64,000 bases of DNA from Octopus vulgaris. Taxonomy: Eukaryota. The position numbers and the translations under genes were made by a program. Of this stretch, positions 1-14,689 are shown piece after piece; within the stretch, counting starts at the first letter, position 1, and each line of letters starts with the position of its first letter. The DNA lies in NCBI GenBank assembly GCA_951406725.2, contig OX597823.1, positions 67,394,001 to 67,458,000 of the forward strand, given 5' to 3'. The notes beneath the pieces are model-generated. The model was not told where the DNA came from and searched no databases. It was given only the letters and a program-made list of their open reading frames with translations.

Positions 1-120
1 TAAAAATACCTATATTGCTAGAACTAAAAGCTAAAATGCTCTAACGCTGTAGTCAATCACATAATTGTATACATATATTCTGACAGGGACTGTTATCGTC
101 CGAAAACACCGTACGAGAAT

Positions 121-173
121 TCCTTGTACTGACCGGTCAGTTTCGGCAATTTCCGTTGTCTTATCAGTAAGGA
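121..173 (-). ncRNA. Minimal type-I hammerhead ribozyme motif (degenerate)
   Basis: Reverse strand reads TCCTTA-CTGATAA-GACAA cggaaa TTGCC-GAA-ACTGACCGGTCAGT-A-CAAGGA: stem I TCCTT/AAGGA, palindromic stem III, GUA triplet; core G8 is A. Confidence 0.65.
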
Positions 174-2454
174 GTGACTCGACTTCGGCAGATTCCGGAC
201 TTCTCTGTCAGTGTGTATGTTTTTATCATAGAAATCTGTGAATGATTTAGCTACTCACCAATGTATATACAGAAAATTAATATAGACATCAGTTTGCAAT
301 GTTTCATCACAAAGGAAAAGTATAATTGTCACTAAATGTGACTAGAGTGTTAGAAACGCCTACATTGCTAGAAATAAGAGCTAAAATGTTCTAATGCTGT
401 AATCAAAGCACATAACTGAATACAGTCGTAAAATATAGATAGAATGAATATATATTTGTATGTATGTATGTATGCCTACATATACATATAGTATTTTGGG
501 AAAAGGATAGATGGATAGATGGGAGAAGAAAAAAATGATATGCAACTCTGATCATAGACTAGAAATTCTGTGTTAAAAGAAAGCAAGTTATTTAACAAGA
601 TGGAAATGGAAAAAAAAGCTTGAAAAACCAGATTTTATTATGCTTGTGTTTCCTCAATATATATTGATTGCTTTGTTGAAATGTTTTAAGTGGTACCAAT
701 TGTGTATTGATTTCTCTTATACGAGTGCTAAAAACATCAGACTTTATTTGCGTTTAGTCATGAATGCATGGATAGATATATTTATAAAACTTGGGTGAAA
801 CACAGAATAAGCTAACAACATAATATATATTTTCTACGATTATTTGACGCGACCTTTGGGCTGTTGTTTTTATTCATTTATTTCTTCATTTATTACCTTT
901 GAATATCAGGTTTAACTAAGTCTCAACTCAGACAAATTATATGTCTGTGGCTCTAAATTTCGCAAATATATCTCTATATAGAAATGATGAAACTGTGAGT
1001 GTATAATTTTTTTTTTTTTAAATTTGCAGCTTCGAAGTTTCACGATTCTGTACTAAAGTTCAGCGTGTATCTATGCAGGTTGAATGATCACACAAAAAAG
1101 GTTATACTCAAATTACGACGACGGAATGAATCATCAGCTTTTCAGAATTAAATAAACTTTACTCCATTATTTGAGTAGTCTCGTTCGTATGCATTTCGGA
1201 ATTTATATCTCTGTGTGTTTGTGTATGTGTGTGTGTGTGCGTGTGTGTGTGTGTGTGTGCCGTCTTTAGAAGTTTGTTTCTAGTTACAGATCGTATTATA
1301 GTCATTTCCCATATGTGTACGAATCAGTGGTCTTTTTCTGTAAGTTGCATTGGGAGTTTTCTGAACTATGACGTTAATGTATGTCCTATGTAATCTAATA
1401 TCATCATACATAGAAAGAAATACTCCGAGGAAGAAACTACTAGAGGTTTGTTTGGAGATGGTGGAAGGGTTTTGATTAAAATGTAGCTTTCTCAACTTCC
1501 TCACCACTTAACATTTATTCCGCTGCTTGAATTTTCTATTATCATAAATTTTACTACTTTCATGATGGCAATTCAGATAAGATCGGGGACATACTTCAAG
1601 AATAGCTACATATAGCTAGACTGTTATTTTTTCTTATGTTTTGGTTCATACATAACTGCATAGATGCGTGTCTGGATAATACTTTTTAGTGTTTATGCAT
1701 GTACATATACATGTATGTGTATGCAAGTATACACACACACAAATATATATATATATGCGTACTAGTGTATGTATGTATGTACTTATGTATGTATATGGGG
1801 GCACATAAGTTCAGAATCTGCAGAAAACAATTCTCAAACAGCAAAGTTAGTATTAAACATTGCCTTTTATTGAAGTTGAATAAAACATTATGTGTGTGTG
1901 TGTCTGTATGTCTGCGTATGTGTTTTTTTTTTTTTTTTGTATCATTGCAATTCAGAAATCCTTTTAGCATTTGAATGATATATAAAACATATATTTTCAT
2001 GGAATTGTTTTGCATATTTTTTATATTTTTCTCATCTTAATCCTCATTACATCTTTGTTTATCATCGCAGTATGCAAAATCTGACATTGCAGCATACTTT
2101 ATAAAAAATATATTCCTGAACCACAAACCTCAGTACACTAAACTGACCTTATTACAACAAACATTGTTGATCAAGGATATTGATCAATATACGTTTGGTC
2201 TACAAGTCGGCCGTATTAAAGAATTCTTGTTATTTAGATCTTTTCAAAATCTCTCCCTCCCCTCAAATATCAAATTCTGTTGGATTTGATTTTTGCTCTT
2301 TATTCGCTTGATTATGTTCATCATAAACAGAGCTATATCACGCCACACACACACACACACCATAGGCGATTGCTGACCATAATAGAAATAGTAGCTAAAT
2401 CTCCCCCAATTCACGATCTCCTGTTTTATACGACAAGACTCATAAGATAATGTA

Positions 2455-2704
2455 AAAAAAAATAAATGCACCCTTTTAAAGCCTAGCCAGGCTCATTGGC
2501 CAGGTTTCTCGGTTTCTATGGCATATATGTTACCCAGCATATATGTTACCCAGCGTTACTCATTTTTGCAAGCTGAGTGAACTGGAGCAACGTGAAATGG
2601 AGTGTTTTACTCAAGAACACAACGCGTCGCCTGGTCTAGGAATCGAAACCACAATCTTACGATCATGATTTTGGCACCCAAACCACAAAGCCACGCGCCT
2701 CCAC
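2455..2704 (-). mobile_element. SINE with family D-type body
   Basis: 14-bp TSD cataagataatgta; the reverse-complement body ttgtgttcttgag..tttcacgttgctccagttcactcagc is shared with 18018. Confidence 0.85.
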
Positions 2705-2989
2705 CATAAGATAATGTACTGAAACATATATATTTCTAAAACAACGGGATGATCAATGCAAGAACACATTTAATCATTGGCCCTCTGATTAACATTTACG
2801 TGGGGCTAAACATCAAATGGCTTTATATTTGGTTAACACACAGCCATATAACATTAGCGCATTTACTTGATATTGATAATGTACAGCCGGTCCAAGTGTA
2901 TAACACTATTTAGTTTTGTCCTTCTGCATTCTACGTTGTGCGTTGAAACTTTATCCTGATATCGATTGTTTTTTCGAGATGATAACGAT

Positions 2990-3371
2990 GGAAGCGCAAT
3001 GGCCCAGTGGTTAGGGCAGCGGACTCGCGGTCGTAGGATCGCGGTTTCGATTCTCAGACCGGGCGTTGTGAGTGTTTATTGAGCGAAAACACCTAAAAGC
3101 ACCACGAGGCTCCGGCAGGGATGGTGGTGATCCCTGCTGTACTCTTTCACCACAACTTTCTCTCACTCTTACTTCCTGTTTCTGTTGTACCTGTATTTCA
3201 AAGGGCCGGCCTTGTCACTCTCTGTGTCACGCTGAATATCCCCGAGAACTGCGTTAAGGGTACACGTGTCTGTGGAGTGCTCAGCCACTTACACGTTAAT
3301 TTCACGAGCAGGCTGTTCCATTGATCGGATCAACCGGAACCCTTGTCGTCGTAACCGACGGAGTGCTTCCA
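2990..3371 (+). mobile_element. tRNA-derived SINE family B (resembles octopus OR-type SINEs)
   Basis: A box tggcccagtggttag and B box ggtttcgattc; near-identical to 55677-56048. Confidence 0.9.
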
Positions 3372-3637
3372 CAAATACTAACGATAAAGTATAAGATAAA
3401 TCCGGCAAATAGTTTTTAAATACAACAGTTTTAGTGAAGTTATAACTCATAACAATGTTGCAAATTGTCACTTTATCTAGAAGTCCATTGAGTCACATTT
3501 TTTCTGGACCGGAGTAAACAGTTTGTAATTTGGGGTAACTTACTTTTAATGGAAGTTTTCGTTTATGAATTGTTTAATCAATGTTTGATATATGTATATA
3601 TATATTTATATATAAAGTATTATGTTATATTTTTCAG

Positions 3638-3682
3638 AATTTTCGAAAAGAAACTCTATCTATGACAGGGCGAGTGAAAACA
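3638..3682 (+). CDS. nAChR-like / chemotactile-receptor-like subunit, 45-nt exon (beta2/loop D): NFRKETLSMTGRVKT
   Basis: ttttcag acceptor and gtaagt donor; exactly 45 nt, phase 0/0, the canonical size of the nAChR exon encoding DEKNQxLTTNxWLxx; joins in frame to KWND of the next exon. Not in the ORF track. Confidence 0.8.
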
Positions 3683-4654
3683 GTAAGTATTTTATATAAA
3701 CATATCTCACTCCAAAAATATAACAGCATGTTATTTTTGAGAATATAACGGCTTTAAAATAGTTAAACATTTATTAGTGTCCCTTTTCTTGAATTTATAT
3801 TTCAAAAGGTATATTGTTTTATTTTGAAATGAACATAAAATCAGTTTTCACAGAGAAGAGACACGTTCGGCACATTTGACAATAACATATTATAGTGATA
3901 GAGGTTTTGATTGTGTCGTAAAACCAACATTGTACTTCTGTACCATGTTTAGAGGAAACGTTTATGTGGTCCCTACTACTTTCTAAGCTAAATCGCATTA
4001 TTTTTTTATTACTCTGAGATGTTCCTACTCTGCGAGTCTCGTAGAAATATCACAGTTTAAATAAATATAGATAGCATTAAGAAAGAAAGATGATCTACGT
4101 TTCGGTTTACAGGCTCTTTAACGTGAAAGAGAAGAAAGAGTTCTGTGTGGTGTAGTTAAAATGTATCTATACAGGCTATTCGAAAAAAAAACTGTGTTGG
4201 TTGTACTGTTAACTCACAACGGAAACATCTCAACACCTGATCGTACAACACTTGACCTTATCTCTGATACGTTCTTAAGACTAAAGATCAATAAAGTAAA
4301 ATCCGCAACTACACAAAACCGATGAGGATTATTTCTCCAAAGTAATCCCGTTTTTAGCTATAGCATTTCCCTTATAGAATATGAACCTACTAATGAGGTA
4401 ATTGTCTAAATATATAACGAAATAGTTGTAATTACTATGGCAAAAAATATCTTGTAATTCGCAACCCAAATAAAAATTTCAGACAAGAAATTATTAAAAA
4501 AACGAAACAATTGAGTAACATTATACATTCGTACAGCCTCATAAATGGGCAATTAACATTAACATGTCTATATAATTTATGCATTTTAACAAGTTCGTAT
4601 GTGATTATAAAACGTATGGTAACATATTCTACGGTTTTACTTTCACTGCATGAA

Positions 4655-4892
4655 AGGGCGGCGAGCTGGCGGAATCGTTAGCACGCCGAGCGAAATGATT
4701 AGCGGTATTTCGTCTGCCGTTACGTTCTGAGTTCAAATTCCGCCGAGGTCGACTTTGCCTTTCATCCTTTCGGGGTCGATAAATTAAGTACCAGTTACGC
4801 ACTGGGGTCGATGTAATCGACTTAATCCGTTTGTCTGTCCTTATTTGTCCTCTCTGTGTTTAGCCCCTTGTGGGTAGTAAAGAAATAGGTAT
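4655..4892 (+). mobile_element. tRNA-derived SINE family A (Meta/Sauria-like central domain), full length
   Basis: ggcggcgagctggc..gagttcaaattcc..gcctttcatcctttcggggtcgataaattaagtaccag; 17-bp TSD tacttt(c/t)actgcatgaa. Confidence 0.9.
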
Positions 4893-6133
4893 TACTTTTA
4901 CTGCATGAATTTGTGAAGAAATGGTTGTTTTCTCTATTTGTGATCAAATAGATTTCTATGTTAATAACCGATGGTTCACTACTTAAGCAAGTCTAAATGT
5001 ACATACGTAACATCTAATACGCTCACGTATTTTATATAGCCTAGATTTTATCATATACATATACGATACGTGTCTCCGTGTTTTCGAAATGTATTTTGTT
5101 CAACCCACGGTTTTTGATAAAACACTGACATTCAGATTTAGCACGTTGCGCTCTTTATACTAATTAACCTAAGAAGCTCCTATGAACTGGTAGCGCTAGG
5201 ACGATATACACACATACCTCTTTGTGTGTGCGCGCGTGCGTGCATACATGTATGTATGTATGTTTGCATGTATGTATGTATGTATGTATGTATGTATGTA
5301 TCATAAACCGTGATTTGTAGATATCTAATTTGTATTAGAAAATTTCTATACAGAAACTGTTTAATACCTTAATTAAATTGGAAAAATATTTTTTTAAACT
5401 AAGAATCTATAAATTTCAAATTTTCTTAATTTGTTATTTGATGTTATTGGGGGATTTCTTTTCTTTATTTTTTCCTACTCTTTGATTGGGAAATATTTTT
5501 CCAATCGTTTTTATTTTTTTTTCGTCTTGTTTGTTTTCAATTAGAAGAAATTTTGCGTTTACCAAAGTTTTTGCTAACTTCGAGAAAAATCAATGGCGCA
5601 TATATAACTGACAGGTGATTCAATTATCAGAGAGAAGAAAATAAAAAAAAAATAATTACAATTTGTTTTTCTTTAAAAACCTTTCTTCTTTTATTTATTC
5701 ATTTATTTATTTATTCGTTTATTTATATTTATCTGGAAATGACTTCCAATATTTTTGCTTCAAACATGTACACAAAATAAATCAAAATTGGTTTTAACAT
5801 TAATCCAACCCATCAATTGTGAGTAACGAAAACCAAGAAAAGAATAAATCAAAAACTCCTTTGGTGCTCAACAACCAATAAATTGGTTAATGGTTAATAT
5901 ATGAGGTATGAATAGTGTAAATGGTAGCGAAGAGGGCTTATCTTTATGTGATTGTTCTCAGAGACTCAGCCGTTTTAACTATATAATGATACCGGTAATT
6001 ATTATCCACTTGGTGTTTGTCAAACTTTTATTTTCTGCTTTTCATACATTTATTTCAATATTCTCTTCAGATCAAAAATAATTAGGTTGTGAAGATAAAA
6101 ATCCGTACTTTTAATTGTAATAAAAAATATGAA

Positions 6134-6220
<87 letters not shown>

Positions 6221-6227
6221 ATTAATA

Positions 6228-6295
<68 letters not shown>

Positions 6296-6843
6296 TTCTT
6301 TTACTAAGTTGTCATATTATTATTTTTGTTGCTTTCTGTTTCGTTTTTGTTTAAATTAATCTTTCAGTATAGAATGATCTCCTAATTTCCTGCGTCTATA
6401 ATGCTGTGATCGTGGCTTGAATATTAATAGCAAATTACTTCATCAGAAAAAGTATTTTTTCAATAAATGATTAAAGGAATGAATGAGTGAGTGAGTGAGT
6501 GGGGGAGTGAATGAGTGAGTGAGTGGAAAGTAAGTGAAAGTGTCAGTGAGGGTATCATGAATAAGATTATTACATTTCAACACATAATTCCTAGACGGTA
6601 TAACTGTCAAAACTCAACAGTTTTCAGTTCAATATATGTTAAAAAGATATCTAGCGTAGCTAACATTTTAATGTAATTATTTGAGGAGATTGTAATGTTA
6701 AACATAGACAAAAACAGATATCTACACACAGTCACATACATATACACGTGAAAAATAATGTGTGAGTGTATTTACACGTGTGCCCGTACCCACGTACGTG
6801 CTACTGTGCAGCGTATGTGTGCATTTGCGTATGTATATGTATT

Positions 6844-6909
<66 letters not shown>

Positions 6910-9900
6910 TAGATGACAGATAGCGGGAAGGGCAGACAGACAGATATGAGGTCGTTAGTATTACAAAGGTGTGAATGCGAATAAGTGAAAGAAAGTGCTA
7001 TATAAATAGATACTGATATTTGTAGATCGAAAGATTGTGCTGTATTAGAATGCCGTATCTACGAAACCTACTGAAAACATCGTCTGTATAACTCGTATAG
7101 AAGACATCCTCCATCAGCATATTTTTTCTTAGTAATTTCCAGCATGTTCTTTCCTCCTTTATACAACCCCCATTTTCTATCATATGAGTGTTAATTTAGT
7201 AATGAATGCTAGTTTACTAAAAGCACTAAACAAACAGAGGGGTTGGGTTAACAGACTCTATGTGGTTCATATTTCCGTGATACGACGCTAAGACAGGTAA
7301 CTGAATCAGTTTGTATACAAGAATACAAACAGTTTCAAGGGTAAGCCTGAATGGTGTAACACAAACACTCCCTATTCAAGAAGTGCAAATGTGTATGTGC
7401 GCTCACGTATATGTGTGCGTGTGTATTTTTGCGAATGTATATCTATTTAAGCGTCCATTTACATGGGTGAGTTCCTACAGCAATGGCTGCTACGCTATCG
7501 ATGGTATTGTTTCTATATTAATATTTTCAATAGCAACCCCTTTTACACCACACAGTCCAAAGTTAAAATAACAGCCATGCAATTCGATCTAGATTCTTCC
7601 GTTTCTACCAGCTAATTTCTTTTTCGCTCCACATAGATTTAATAAAAACCTCGCCATGAATATAATTATCCCAATATTTTATATTATTTTAACTGATTCC
7701 AGTGATTACATTATGACATTGCGGGATTACTAGCTTCAAGTGTTTTAGCCGACCATATCAACTACATTACTTATCTCAGTTTGGCAACCAACCTACTGGT
7801 ACTTATTTTATCGATCTTGAAAAGATGAAAGGCAAACTCGACCACTGCGAAATTTGAACCCAGATCGTAAACACAGATGAAATGTCGCCAGGCAATTTCT
7901 CCGGCATGGTGACGATTTTGCCAGCTCGCTGCCATCTACCATATAATAATACAACGCAGCACACACAGCTCATACTCTCTATAACACCACCTCTCATTGC
8001 GAAAATCTGTAGCATGCTTGAAACAACGTGTACGAAACACAATAATTCCCCCAACAAAATAACACAAAGCACGATGCATTTTATTTCCCAAAATAATCGT
8101 ACGAAACAAAACAAACTTGTATTTCTTAAGGCATGAATGATAAAGTAATAATTGCTAACTTTGGACAAGGCTGCACCTTTTTTTTTCAGTGAAGAGAATA
8201 TATGATTTAACAGAACTAGTTCATGCCGGGTAATTTATTTTGTCCACTTCCCCCGGTAAACAATGGAAAATTAGGCCCTGTTAGCGTAACTGGACAAAGA
8301 TATTATTTTTACACACCATCTTACATTTTGTTTTCTGTAATAACTATATAATTATGTTGGACGGCAGATGACGGTCTTGATATAGTGCCAAACAAAATGC
8401 CTTGCAGTATTTAGTTATGTCTCTGTGTGTTGACTTCAAATCACGCTAGTGGCGACGAGAGATGATTCACAATTCCCAACATTGTTTGGTTTCATTCAAA
8501 TTTGTTGGTAATTACACAGCTTCTAGTTAAACTGTATTAGACATGCACATATCTACAGCAGTAAGAAGCATAGCTAGAAATATCTTGACATTATCATGCG
8601 GTTGTCAAAAGTTTGAAACAGCAAGTCGAATCAAATTACGAAAAGTATCATACAGTGAATTAATTCCAGATAAGGATATATTTTGACTTGTAAAATTATC
8701 ATTTCGAACGAAAGACCAAACGAGTATATATGGACCTGGCAACTGAAATATCACGATATTGACCTTCATGTACTTCATTTTCGTTTGTTGTTGTGAAAGC
8801 AAATACACCTTAATTAATACGTTCATTGTTTGGTGTATTACTGAACTTTTGAAACCCATTATCAGCGATATTTTTTTTATGTATAAATAACAAAACTTAC
8901 TTCGAGAAACATGTATCGAGCAAAAGATTCCAATTTCTCATGACTGTGTGTGTGTGTACAATTTCCTCTTTTCTGTTTCTATAAAATCATTATTCAATCT
9001 AATATTTCTTACTCAGTTGTGCGTGCTATTTGTTACGTTCAAAAATAGATAGGAATATATATTCCGATTTGATATCATTTTAATGTTTTCTGCTCACACA
9101 AACTGATAGAGAGCAAAGAAATAAGTCCATATTCGCAACAAATAATCTTCTAGTCTTAAAATGATATCCTGTTTCAAACAAAAACGCAAAAAAACAAACG
9201 ATGGATATGAAGAATATTGATATGTGTATTATGAATTCTTGCTATCTTTCATGTCAACTACATTATCTCTACGTTTTTCCATCAGTTAACCTTTTTAGCT
9301 TTTTAAGCATCGTGTCAGTCAAATGAAATGGTTATGCACCAAAGAAATAAACAAGACGAGAATAATTCCTATATAACTCTGCAGCATTTACTACGAAGAC
9401 AGAAATACCAAGAAGAAGGAATATAATACGATATCGAAGGGCCATAAATACTGCAGAATGTAAAAGTGCTGCATTTGGAAACGGCTTACTCAATATGAAC
9501 AGAAACAATGACAGTGAACAAAATATATATAAATAACAGCCTGAATTCCATTAATTCTGTAAAAAAGCAAACTAGGTTTCATTAACCGAAAGTCCCTAGA
9601 AAGTATTAATGAAGATGTAAAGTATTTTACACACCTGCTAAACGTATAGTAAAACACAACTACTGGACTAGACTAATGAGGATCAATGTAAATTCAACCA
9701 ATTTAATATTATCTGCATCTACTTCTCTGTACCCAACGATTTCAATAAATCATTGTATTTTGCCTTTATAATTTCTTACCGTAGCACCAGATGGTCTAAC
9801 CGTCATTATACATATGAGAAACACATTCCCTCCCTTTTAGTGTAGAGAAATGCTAGATGGAAAACAATGGAGATTGGAAGATGTATGTTATAATATACAG

Positions 9901-11849
9901 CTGTGAACTGATGGGCTTATACTTCATTGATGCATTGCAATGCGTAAGAAACAACACTGAAAGGGACTGAGTGACTTTTGAGTTCAAGGAACTCGTGTAT
10001 GTATGGAGGAGACCTCTTCGGAAAATATCATGCTGTAGCTCTTGTTTAGTCTCAGGTCGGCTCTGTTCAAGTGAAACTTGTGCTCTAATTAAAGGAATGT
10101 CAATCGTTACTAACCATCATTTTTTTTTAAATTTGTGGCTACATTTTCTAATGTGACTTTCTTTGTTTAAATTGTTTGGGTATTTGAGTGAGATGCTGCT
10201 GCTATGTCTAGCTAGTCGAGTGACTGTATAGAAGTCTTCTCATTGCCTCGATATACAATAAATAAAATTTGTAGGTACAACAGAAGTCATCTGTATTTTG
10301 CAAATTTATTTAATGTTGCATTTAGATTCACGTAGTTAATCAAATAATTATTAGAATACAACGTGTGTTTATAAATAAATATGTATATACAGAACTATAT
10401 CAACATATATCTAACCTGGCCGTGAAATTACACCCAAGAAGGCGTTTTCTGCAAAGTAGGATACGGATCTAGACGATCAACTTCTTTGTTTTTGCAAGTC
10501 ATCAGGTCTTTTGATAAGAGATAACCAAATTCTGACAAAACATAATGACGACCCGGTCGGTTCCGAATTATGAATCAAATGATTCTACATAAGCTTTATT
10601 CTAAAATGCTGTGGGGTTTTCGATCTAGTTGGGTCATATTTAACTCTAGGCCTGATTTTACTACCTACTCTCGGAAATTATATAATCATTTTAGTTTCTG
10701 GCAACGAATTTGTTTTATGAAAAAGAAATATTCAAATCTACTGATTGACTGGGAAAATATCAATTTCTCGGGTTTCCGTTGTATGATTTTAATTTTTTTC
10801 ATAAAATTTATATTTAACAGAATCTTTCTAATAAAAATTTAATAAGCATTTCGGCTACAAGCATTCATCACATCTAGGCCATAAACTAAAGTGACAGTGC
10901 TATGCGGTAACTCGACCTGCTAGAAATATTAATCAAATCTCTCTGAAGTCATACCGGGCTGTTTTAAAATATGGCACTTATGAGTACCTAGTATAGCGTA
11001 CTACTTGACCGTCAATACATTAAATTAAATCAAATGAATACTGTTTCAAAGCGTTTGATCGTGAGTCTGTTCAATAAGACATGAGCAGCAAAAGCAGGCT
11101 GAAAGCTATATGGAATCCTTCCGATTTATCTGTCTTTATCTTCAACAACCTGTTAATATGAATGTAAGGATATTTTTGAAGTATTTAACTCGTTTATTTT
11201 CTATGATGTTTCCTTGTCTTAACGTATGCATACCACTGCATTTCACTTATTTCCTCACTTGTTTCTTTCATCACCGTGCTATGTAACAGGTGTAATCAGA
11301 TTACCCAATGAAACATTTATGAACGGATAATGCCTTATTGATAACACATCATAATTCGGAGTTTCATATTCTACAATCTTCATCAAAAAATAAAACCTCC
11401 AAAGAGAACTGTTCAGGAAAATTACCTAAAATGGTGATAGTAAATAGCGGTTGCAATATCACAATCAGGTTATGGCAAGATGCACAATTCATCATTTGTA
11501 AGTTTAAAATATTCTGAGAAAATCATTTCTCTTGAGCTACAGATATGAAATGCTGATGAAAACATGCTCGCTTTTCTCAAAGTGGTGTGTTGTTTCAAAA
11601 GAAGCTTAAAAAGAAGGTGTCAATGGGAGTAAACAGAGACGAGTTGAATTTCCAAGACATAAGTTGGAAGTAAAATTTGAAAGTGAAATGGCGAAGATTT
11701 TGAAGTAAAGACATTTCCTTTTGGGGATATAGACCGAAGGATTATTCAATATTGATGCCTGTAAGAGAGGTGTTAAAGAAAGATAGAATTATATAAGGGC
11801 GTAAGTGCGCTTGATGAGTAGAGATGTACTAATCCATACAGCGTGGCGA

Positions 11850-13450
11850 TGACATATCTTTCTAATTACCAGTAGGGATTATCCTAAGTTACACCATTTT
11901 TAAGAGCTCCGATCTGACATTTAAATATTCGGCAGTTTTTTTGGGGTTTTTTAGGCTGCAATCTACAGGTATTTCTGCTATTTCTGTAAGGTTTACACTT
12001 TTGAAGGTTATTCTGAATGCAATAACGCGTTCTTACAACGTCCAAACATAATTTTATTACTTGGTTACTTTCCTCTTTCATATGTACCCGAAGGAATAAT
12101 ATGGTTGGAATATTATCGAATTTGCTTTCCAACATTCAGATGTAAGTTAATACCCGTTTTTTAGGCTTGATTAAGTGGAGGTGAATACTGCACTACTGAT
12201 TCAGGTGAAATTCATTTATATTTCTTCAGTGCAATTTTCCCCTACTGTTCTTCTTGAATTCCACTGATTATGGTGTAATATTGATGATATAACCGCAACT
12301 CAATTTTGAGTTATATCTGCTAAAATAATTTTCTCGAATTGGGATTAACAAGAAAATACAAATTTACTAAGTTTGGGAAAGGTTTGGTTATTTTAGAATT
12401 AACTATTAAGGAGAAAGGAACTGAGAACAAGAATATGATATGCTGCTTATGGTTTCTTATTCAGCATGTTCAGAATATACTTACATTTATCTTCAAACAT
12501 CTGTAAGCATTTAATTCTTTGATATACTTGGCCTACAGATTTCTTTAAGAATTCGTCATTGGGCCTAATCTATAATATCAGAACACTCTGTTCTAGAGAA
12601 TGTGCTACTGGTATTATAGTTTAACTTTTAGCAAACCAATGGACAGGCAGAAGAATTCTATATTAATGTGGGTAAGCATTTTGTTAGGTTCATTATATGG
12701 TTTATATTTATCAATGGTTATTTGAGAACACATACGAAAAATTCACAATATATAATTTCGCTGTGATTGTTATTTATTTTCAGACCAAAATTATTCCACA
12801 TTTATCTAATGTATGGTCATCAGCATGCTGCAACATAGCAAAGATGACATCTCTGTATAAGTGTGTGTGTCTTAATAAATTTACTTTTAAGTTTGAGATA
12901 TACAGACTGACATGGTCACATATTTCTGTACAGTCGAACAACCCTGTACTGACATCAAACTAATACATAATGTCTGCTTTAACCAGATAGAATTTGTATC
13001 AAAAAGCAATTCATTTGCCTAGTCGTGGACAGCGTTATATTTCATAAGCAAATCTTCGGTACTGGTGATTAAAGATTTTGAGTTACTGAGACAATGTTTA
13101 AGGATATCGCTTTAGATAAATTTAAATTATATTTTTGATCATTTTAAGCCAGCTAATGGCGGTACTTTATTTTTCCACTGTTGGAGGTAATGCTATTTAA
13201 ATTATTATCGATTCATAGAATTTCAGTATTACATGGTTCATTAATCTGCATTTAGAGTTAGAGACGAAGATCACATTAAGATCTTTGCGGGGAATACATG
13301 CTTCGATATTTATTAAAGATTCCAATCTTACACTTCTCTAGAAGTAGCTATCACCATTTCAAATAATTTTCATAAATAGTGACATGGCATCACTGTTTAT
13401 TCGTCCAATGAATGTTTCGGAAACTATTCCGTAAGGTGAAACTTCAAACT
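11850..13450 (-). mobile_element. Highly decayed CR1/L2-like LINE RT region
   Basis: Reverse-strand HADDHT at 12811-12827, with QG-like and AFD-like remnants upstream of it. Boundaries approximate. Confidence 0.45.
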
Positions 13451-14689
13451 ACGAAGTATTGTCAGTAAGGTAATATTTTAATAAATTTAAGTATATTTTG
13501 ATGAGCTGTCGCACACACACATACATAAACACACATACACGCACATACACACATACATAGTGATATATGTGTATATAGATGTGTGTATATGTATATATAG
13601 GTGTGTGTATATATATATGTGTGTGTGTGTATGTATGTATATATGTATGTGCACAAGAGAGAGAATGAGTGAGTGGGTGAGTGAGTAAGTGAGCCAGTGA
13701 GATGCAAATACAACTGCGTCACATTTACTTTTAACATATTTGAATTATTTAAGCTGAAGAACAAATGTAGAAAACAAAACTTTATTGATGAAATTCTGCG
13801 GAAACTTGCACCTGTTAGAATTTAAAAAGCTAAACTAGATTCATGTTGCAGGAAATTAAAATACAATAGCGAATTTTAAAAATATTAAAGAAGTTATTCC
13901 ATAACTGAAATTGCATCACTGCGTTCAAAAATTGTTATATTGTTTTTCACATCGATCTGCTGACAAATGAATATTTTACAAGCGAGACGCACAACTTTTT
14001 TAAAGTGTTCTGGTATCTATTTTGAAGCAAAAATTTATAATTCTACATAATATTGTTTCATCATACTAAAAATCACGATTTTGCTTTTGCTTTCGTTCCA
14101 TAAATAACAATGGAACATAAGCTGAAGATTAAAGCGTATCTTTCGCACTTGTTTTAATATCTTAAAGATTTTGGTTATGTTTCGGACTTCATTATGTAGG
14201 TAAGGTTGTTGAAGAGGTAACACAGAAAAGCAATTGGTCGGGTTTAAGATTCCGGTTATGTCTTCTCTATGTTTCCGTAGTTAAAGGTTGTTCGAAGTAT
14301 GAACCCCGACTTTCGTTCGTTGTGTTCAATTTTTCGATTGTCTTGCATGTCGTTGAACAGTTGAGGTTGCTGAGAACGTAATACATGAACACACTTGTAT
14401 GATGCAGGTAGACAAGCATTAGCAATTTATATATCTAATGGATATATGTGTATGTAATGCGGTGCTCCAGCATGGCCACAGTCAAATGATTGAAACAAGT
14501 AAAAGAATATATATATATTTGAAGTAAAACTCAAATAGCATTTAAAATTCACGACTGCTGTTTCAGTAGAATGTTATTTATTTATTCAAAGAAGATTAAA
14601 TCATAACATAGAACCCACCATCATCAGGCAAAATCTTAAACAGGTGCGATTTCTTACGTCGGTTTGGACGAATCCAACATCAGAAATCT

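Noticed and set aside
2071-2290. Candidate upstream receptor exon after catcgcag (YAKSDIAAYFIKNIFL...)
   Set aside because: No RP motif or beta1 similarity and no convincing donor; the missing N-terminal exons are probably outside the window.
2990-3065. tRNA-like A/B boxes (also at 18018, 20985 and 27740)
   Set aside because: These are SINE heads continuing into SINE bodies, not tRNA genes.
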